Below are positions 59,230 to 64,000 of a stretch of DNA of 64,000 bases, piece after piece. How positions within the stretch are numbered: position 1 is the stretch's first letter; each line of letters opens with the position of its first letter. The position numbers and the translations under genes are program-made. This DNA comes from an uncultured Bacilli bacterium (GTDB lineage: Bacteria > Bacillota_I > Bacilli_A > RF39 > UBA660), in contig CAKPRZ010000005.1 of the NCBI GenBank assembly GCA_934183165.1, forward strand, positions 9,956-73,955. Direction: 5' to 3'. Below the pieces are notes generated by a model. The model made no database searches, was not told where the DNA came from, and saw only the letters and a program-made list of their open reading frames with translations.

Positions 59230-59623
59230 ATTCTTCATGATATATTTTATCTAATGTAGCATTTATCATTTTTGTAACCTTCTCATCACTATATTTTTTA
59301 GAAAGTTCTACAGCTTCATTAATTGATACTACACTAGGTGTATCGGTATATTTCAGTTCATATATTCCTAAGCTTAATATTGCTTTATCTACTTTACTAA
59401 GACGATTTATATCCCAATCAACTAAATATTTATTTGCAAGATTAGAAATTTCATCTTGATTATTTATAATACCATTAACACTGTCATTCACAAAATCATT
59501 TTCAACTTCTAACTGTTCTTTTATCAATGTATTTATATCATAACTTGTTCCTGTGTTTTCCATTATATATATTTGATACAATACTTTCATAATTATTTCT
59601 CTTAATTCGCTTCTGTTTTTCAT
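59228..59623 (-). CDS. nusB: transcription antitermination factor NusB
   Basis: RSELREIIMKVLYQ N-terminus. NusB-length all-helical protein. Confidence 0.9.
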   Translation of the reverse strand: MKNRSELREIIMKVLYQIYIMENTGTSYDINTLIKEQLEVENDFVNDSVNGIINNQDEISNLANKYLVDWDINRLSKVDKAILSLGIYELKYTDTPSVVSINEAVELSKKYSDEKVTKMINATLDKIYHEE

Positions 59624-59651
59624 AATAACTCACCTAACAAGAATTTTACCA

Positions 59652-59685
59652 TAAAAAAAAATATAAGTCATTAACAACTTATATT
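59652..59685 (-). terminator. intrinsic terminator after LysR gene
   Basis: Stem AATATAAGT/ACTTATATT plus a long T-run on the minus strand. Confidence 0.6.
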
Positions 59686-59688
59686 TTT

Positions 59689-60600
59689 TTAAAAGTTTTC
59701 TTTTAAGTATTTTTTAAACTCATTTAAAAAGATTTTAGAAGTTTTACTTAGATATCTATCATCATATGCAATACTATATTTTGTAGTAGGACAAGCAAAC
59801 TCAATAGGTAATTCATAAAGAGTTTTATTATCAAAATATTCTTCTACACTTTTTCTAAGACCCCAACCTATTCCTAATCCCTCTACAGCAAGTTTGGCAC
59901 GAAGTTCAAGTGCATAAACTCTTAAATCTGTTTCAAGCACTTTTTTCTTTTGCTTAAACAATTCTTCAAGGCTATTTATATCATTATATCCTCTGAATGG
60001 TAATATTAAAGGATACTGTACTAAATCATTAGTATCATTTACAAACAAATCATAATATTTTTTGTTTGCAAAAAAGCAGTTTTCCAATTCACAAACAATT
60101 TCTTCAGTATAAATTCCCTCATCAATAAAGATTGGATATTGTAATATAATAAAGTCCAATTCCCTACTATTTAACTTTTCCTTTGCTTCGATATTACTAA
60201 TTGTTAATATATCAAATCTAACATCAGGGTATTTTTCGGTAAAGTATTTAATAAAATTTGGTAACATTATTAATGAAATATGAGAATAGATTCCTATTCT
60301 AATTTCTCCTGATATTTCTTCTTTGTTCTCAGTTATAGCTCTTTCTGCCATAATAATATTGTTAAAAGCTTTTTGAACATATTCCATAAGCTTTTCGCCC
60401 GATTCAGTTAATTTAACTGATTTACTTTCTCTAATAAACAATTGTTTCCCTAATTGGTTCTCCAAATCTTTTACTGCCCTACTAATTGCTGGCTGTGAGA
60501 TATGAAGAAGTTCAGTTGCTTTAGAAAAGCTCTTACATTCTGCGACTGCATAAAAACATCGATACTTATTAAAATCAAAATTACTACTATATATTCCCAT
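59689..60600 (-). CDS. LysR-family transcriptional regulator
   Basis: N-terminal wHTH FYAVAECKSFSKATELLHISQPAISRAVKDLE plus a substrate-binding domain. Confidence 0.85.
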   Translation of the reverse strand: MGIYSSNFDFNKYRCFYAVAECKSFSKATELLHISQPAISRAVKDLENQLGKQLFIRESKSVKLTESGEKLMEYVQKAFNNIIMAERAITENKEEISGEIRIGIYSHISLIMLPNFIKYFTEKYPDVRFDILTISNIEAKEKLNSRELDFIILQYPIFIDEGIYTEEIVCELENCFFANKKYYDLFVNDTNDLVQYPLILPFRGYNDINSLEELFKQKKKVLETDLRVYALELRAKLAVEGLGIGWGLRKSVEEYFDNKTLYELPIEFACPTTKYSIAYDDRYLSKTSKIFLNEFKKYLKENF

Positions 60601-60624
60601 ATTACCTCCTAAAATTTAAATTTA

Positions 60625-61758
60625 TTAATTCTTTTTGACTTTTTTATATTGTTTATTATCAAAGCAATCATATCCATATCTTTCCATTTGTTTTAATTCT
60701 TCAACATCAAATAATGGCTTAATTATCTTAATATTATCTGGTATTATCAATTTTCCATTATCTTTATTTTCTTCTAGCTCTAAAGTTGTAAAATCTTGAT
60801 ATAAATTTAGGTGAAATGACTGTCTATCCTGCATAAAAGATATTTCTTTTTTTTGTACTATATCAGAAATCAAATACTTTTTCAACATTTCTTCATATTG
60901 TTGTTTAGAAATTTTTGAATCAGATATATACCTTAAAGTGTTATTTGTTCTCTCAATTAAGGAAAGAAAATAAGTACTATTGCCTTTATAAGTTCTTTTT
61001 GTTAAAACACTTTCTAGATTTTTAAAATCAATTCCAACATCAATATAATTTTCGGTAACATCTATGCAGACAGAATTTTCATCATTATAACTATCTAATA
61101 CACTGTTTTCCGTATCAACTAGATATCTTTTCATTTCAGCAGTAATTTGTCCTTTAAGATACCCTTCTACATAGTTAATAACATTATTTATTTTCTGTTC
61201 TAAAGACATGTTACAATTAAATGATTTAAAATGTCTATGACCAATCCAAGATCTTGAAGTATTGATATCCAATTCTTTAGATCGATCTATAGATTCATAC
61301 CTTGCAGGATTGCTTTCTAAGTTATATGCTCTTTCATTACCGTTAGCTGTCCCAATTAAATCTAAAACTAAATCATACTTGTCTAATAATTCCAATTCTT
61401 TGGCTTGCTTATTTTTTAATAGCAAATCAAATTCATCTCTAGTATTAAAATAAGCTCCATTATCTAGTATTCCTCTATCATAAAATATAACCACCTCAGA
61501 AAACACAGTATCAAAAGTTAGTGATTTATCAACAGCATTTTCTTTTACTTCTTGCCAATCATAGATAATATCTTGAAAGTTATAGATAGAATTAATTTTT
61601 TGAGGATCAATTCCACTATTAATAATCTCAGTTGCACTTTCTGAAACAAAATAATATTTTGTTTTTTCATCACTTACAAATTTTTTCTGTAATTCTCTTA
61701 ATACACTTGTTTTTCCAGCACCTGGTCCACCAGTTACAACAATCCTTTTAATTTCCAT
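60625..61758 (-). CDS. P-loop ATPase (AAA_28/NadR-like) fused to CYTH-like domain
   Basis: VVTGGPGAGKTS and FYDRGILDNGAY at the N-terminus. The C-terminal half starts AEMKRYLV (compare the CYTH EIERKFLV) and ends ...FTTLELE. GGAGGT SD before ATG 61758. Confidence 0.55.
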   Translation of the reverse strand: MEIKRIVVTGGPGAGKTSVLRELQKKFVSDEKTKYYFVSESATEIINSGIDPQKINSIYNFQDIIYDWQEVKENAVDKSLTFDTVFSEVVIFYDRGILDNGAYFNTRDEFDLLLKNKQAKELELLDKYDLVLDLIGTANGNERAYNLESNPARYESIDRSKELDINTSRSWIGHRHFKSFNCNMSLEQKINNVINYVEGYLKGQITAEMKRYLVDTENSVLDSYNDENSVCIDVTENYIDVGIDFKNLESVLTKRTYKGNSTYFLSLIERTNNTLRYISDSKISKQQYEEMLKKYLISDIVQKKEISFMQDRQSFHLNLYQDFTTLELEENKDNGKLIIPDNIKIIKPLFDVEELKQMERYGYDCFDNKQYKKVKKN

Positions 61759-61840
61759 ATTACCTCCAAATTTCATAATTAAATAGTAACAAGGATGTTA
61801 TAACATTTCAAATATCAATTTTTTATATTATCTATAATTT

Positions 61841-61871
61841 AAAAACATAAAAAGCTACTATGTAGTAGCTT
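61841..61871 (-). terminator. intrinsic terminator after obg
   Basis: Stem AGCTACT/AGTAGCT plus a T-rich tract on the minus strand. Overlaps the stop codon. Confidence 0.6.
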
Positions 61872-63138
61872 AATTTCTATATTCAAAACAGTAATCTAAT
61901 ATTCTTACGATATCTCCTTCTTCTACGCCTAACTCAATTAACTTATCATCAACACCCATTTTTCTGATTTTTTTAGAAAATCTAGCTAGACCTTCATCAG
62001 TGAATTTTGTCATTTTAAATATTTTTTCTATTTCATCACCATGAATTACCCACTCATTGCCTTCTCGAGTAATAGTATATGGTTCTTCTTTTTTAAATTT
62101 ATATAAAACATGTGATTCAAATTTTTCATCTTCATACAATGAACTAACAGGGATTTTATCTAACATATCTGCCAACTCAGTTAAAACTGCATCAAGCCCA
62201 TTATTAGTTAATGCTGATACTTCGAATGTTTTTTTATCTACTTTTTGCTTGAATTTTTTTAAATTTTCTTTTGAAGAATCCATATCCATTTTATTTGCAA
62301 TTATTATTTGAGGCTTTTTTAATATATTGGGATTAAATGATTCTAACTCTTTATTAATAGTTACATAATCTTCATAAGGGTCTCTTCCTTCATATCCACT
62401 CATATCGATGACATGGGCAATAACTCTTGTTCTTTCAATATGTTTCAAAAAACGGTCTCCTAATCCTTCACCCATACTAGCACCTTTAATTAAACCTGGT
62501 AAATCTGCAATCACAAAGCTACGACCATCACGAGTTTTAGTAACTCCTAAATTAGGAGTCAAAGTTGTAAAATGATATGCTGCTATCTTAGGCTTTGCTT
62601 TTGATACACAAGAAATAATAGTGCTTTTTCCAACGCTTGGCATTCCTACTAATCCAACATCTGCAAGAAGTTTAAGTTCAACCTTTAACTCTCTACATTC
62701 ACCTGGTTCACCATTTTCTGCAAAGTTAGGAGCGGGATTAGCTTGTGTTTTAAATGCGGTATTTCCTCTTCCACCACGACCACCATATGCAACTACAACT
62801 TCATCATTTTTATTTTTTAAATCTGCCAAAATAAAACCAGTATCTAAGTCTGTTACAACAGTTCCTTGTGGAACTTTAACTATAACATCTTCTGCAGCGG
62901 CACCATGTTGATTTTTTCCTCTTCCGTTTTCTCCTTTTTTACCTTTAATAACTTTCATGTATCTTAAATCAATTAAAGTGTGTAATCCTTCATCTACAAC
63001 AAATTTAATATTAGAACCATGACCACCATTACCGCCAAAAGGTCCTCCCATTGATACATATTTTTCTCTTCTAAAAGCAAGGCAACCATCTCCACCATTT
63101 CCTGCTTCTACTTTTACGGTTACTTCATCTATAAACAT
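61870..63138 (-). CDS. obg: GTPase Obg/CgtA
   Basis: Obg fold (MFIDEV..V.AGNGGDG), GMPSVGKST, DLPG, NKMD and a C-terminal OCT-like domain. GAGGTG SD before ATG 63138. Confidence 0.95.
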   Translation of the reverse strand: MFIDEVTVKVEAGNGGDGCLAFRREKYVSMGGPFGGNGGHGSNIKFVVDEGLHTLIDLRYMKVIKGKKGENGRGKNQHGAAAEDVIVKVPQGTVVTDLDTGFILADLKNKNDEVVVAYGGRGGRGNTAFKTQANPAPNFAENGEPGECRELKVELKLLADVGLVGMPSVGKSTIISCVSKAKPKIAAYHFTTLTPNLGVTKTRDGRSFVIADLPGLIKGASMGEGLGDRFLKHIERTRVIAHVIDMSGYEGRDPYEDYVTINKELESFNPNILKKPQIIIANKMDMDSSKENLKKFKQKVDKKTFEVSALTNNGLDAVLTELADMLDKIPVSSLYEDEKFESHVLYKFKKEEPYTITREGNEWVIHGDEIEKIFKMTKFTDEGLARFSKKIRKMGVDDKLIELGVEEGDIVRILDYCFEYRN

Positions 63139-63180
63139 AACATTCACCTCAATCAGCCTAATTTTACCATTTTATAAATA

Positions 63181-63220
63181 TAAAAACAAGAAAATTGATG
63201 AATATATCCTACTCATCAAT
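63181..63220 (-). terminator. intrinsic terminator after hypothetical gene
   Basis: Stem ATTGATGA/TCATCAAT plus a T-rich tract. Overlaps the stop codon. Confidence 0.5.
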
Positions 63221-63772
63221 TCTTTTTAACTTTTGTATTTCTCCAGTTTTTATTTTTTCACTAGTATATTCATTAACTGTATTATAAATAGATCTAAAAT
63301 TTCTACTTAAATTTCCAGTTAATAAGTTATTCAATAAAGTTCTGACATTTCTATAATAGATGTTTTTAGGAACTTTACCATCAAACGAAACAAGCATTCG
63401 ATCATAAAAATCTCTTGGAAATAATTCCGGACAATTATTAAGCATTTTCTTTACTAACTCTTCATCATTAAATAAATCTTCTTGCAAAGTGCTTTGTGTT
63501 TGCTCTAAATCATTTCTAAATAACAATTTTAGATCTTTATAATTTTCACCATTAAAATAAATCAATTTAAATTCACCTGAATCTAACTGTCCATTAATAT
63601 TTTTTTTAGGCATTTTAGAAAAATAGTTATATAATTCATCTTCACTATCAAATCCCTTTATTAAAAATTCATCTATTACTGATAACTTATCACACATAAC
63701 AGACACACTAGAGCCATCAGTATAACTTCTTAATAACTTTGCATATTCTTTTTTTAAATATTTATTTTCCAT
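63209..63772 (-). CDS. hypothetical protein (possible paralogue of 47341..48054)
   Basis: AGGAGG SD 8 nt before ATG 63772. Monocistronic, with its own terminator. I recognise no domain and it contains no His residues. Confidence 0.6.
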   Translation of the reverse strand: MENKYLKKEYAKLLRSYTDGSSVSVMCDKLSVIDEFLIKGFDSEDELYNYFSKMPKKNINGQLDSGEFKLIYFNGENYKDLKLLFRNDLEQTQSTLQEDLFNDEELVKKMLNNCPELFPRDFYDRMLVSFDGKVPKNIYYRNVRTLLNNLLTGNLSRNFRSIYNTVNEYTSEKIKTGEIQKLKRIDE

Positions 63773-63874
63773 CAAAAAAGCCTCCTTTTTATTATATTAT
63801 GTACTACTGAAATGTATACCTTTTTTAGACGGAGTTAAATAATAACACAAAAAAAGTAAAATGTCAAATCAATT

Positions 63875-64000
63875 TTACTTTCTAAACAATGTATAACACA
63901 TAAGAATCATTACTAATAAAAACAAAGCGATTATTATTTTATTAATTGTTTTTGGGTTGTTGACAGTATCATTAACTATAGCATCTGTCAAAAAATACTC
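63875..64000 (-). CDS. 3' end of a surface protein gene: NNPKTI + TM + RK tail (5' part outside window; not in ORF track)
   Basis: Hand translation from the window edge gives EYFLTDAIVNDTVNNPKTINKIIIALFLLVMILMCYTLFRK, then stop (TAA 63875-63877). Confidence 0.5.
   Translation of the reverse strand, partial: EYFLTDAIVNDTVNNPKTINKIIIALFLLVMILMCYTLFRK
63944..63958 (-). other. NPKTI sorting-like motif
   Basis: Codons aac cca aaa aca att, directly before the C-terminal TM segment. Confidence 0.4.

Noticed and set aside
63209-63772. Spo0B phosphotransferase, because of its position directly upstream of obg as in Bacillus
   Set aside because: The protein contains no histidine at all, so it cannot be a His-phosphotransfer protein. 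It shows no similarity to the Spo0B helical hairpin and has its own terminator.

Overview
This 64 kb window is a very AT-rich chromosomal segment from a low-GC Firmicute. It uses the standard genetic code: TGA ends cdd, priA and others. Endospore-former marker genes are scattered through it (spoIIM, spoIVB, a SpoVB-like flippase, a DUF1540 protein).

Most of the window is tightly packed housekeeping:
- ybeY-dgkA-cdd-era-yqzL-recO and pncC
- murE-murG-murB-divIB, with murC at a separate site
- a GT2/TagF-like teichoic-acid enzyme
- miaA, mtaB, mnmA, deoB-xerD and rarA
- hrcA-grpE-dnaK-pepF-dnaJ with CIRCE operators
- smc, priA, rpsB-tsf, and infC-rpmI-rplT behind an attenuator leader
- spoIVB, xseA-xseB, nusB and obg

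Accessory-looking parts:
- a sortase B plus vWA/MucBP-repeat adhesin operon with a PPKTG signal
- two further wall/membrane-anchored proteins sharing an 'NNPKT[LI]' C-terminal signal
- two ABC systems, one with a giant coiled-coil FtsX permease, followed by an orphan holin-like gene
- a CPBP protease paired with a catalytically dead metallophosphoesterase homologue
- an AAA/CYTH fusion next to a LysR regulator
- several unrecognisable proteins, two of which look like distant paralogues

I saw no rRNA, tRNA, CRISPR array, IS element or prophage. I also could not identify a clear multi-gene novel system such as a defence island.

The observations I consider most worth following:
- matching HeH/Rho_N-like C-terminal tails on ribosomal proteins S2 and L20
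- the non-canonical NNPKT sorting-like signal
- the Cys-cluster N-terminus of GrpE
- the pseudo-phosphoesterase
- small unannotated genes: a yqzL-like ORF and a 30-aa hydrophobic peptide

All domain calls come from reading the translated ORFs and recalling family motifs. No searches were run.
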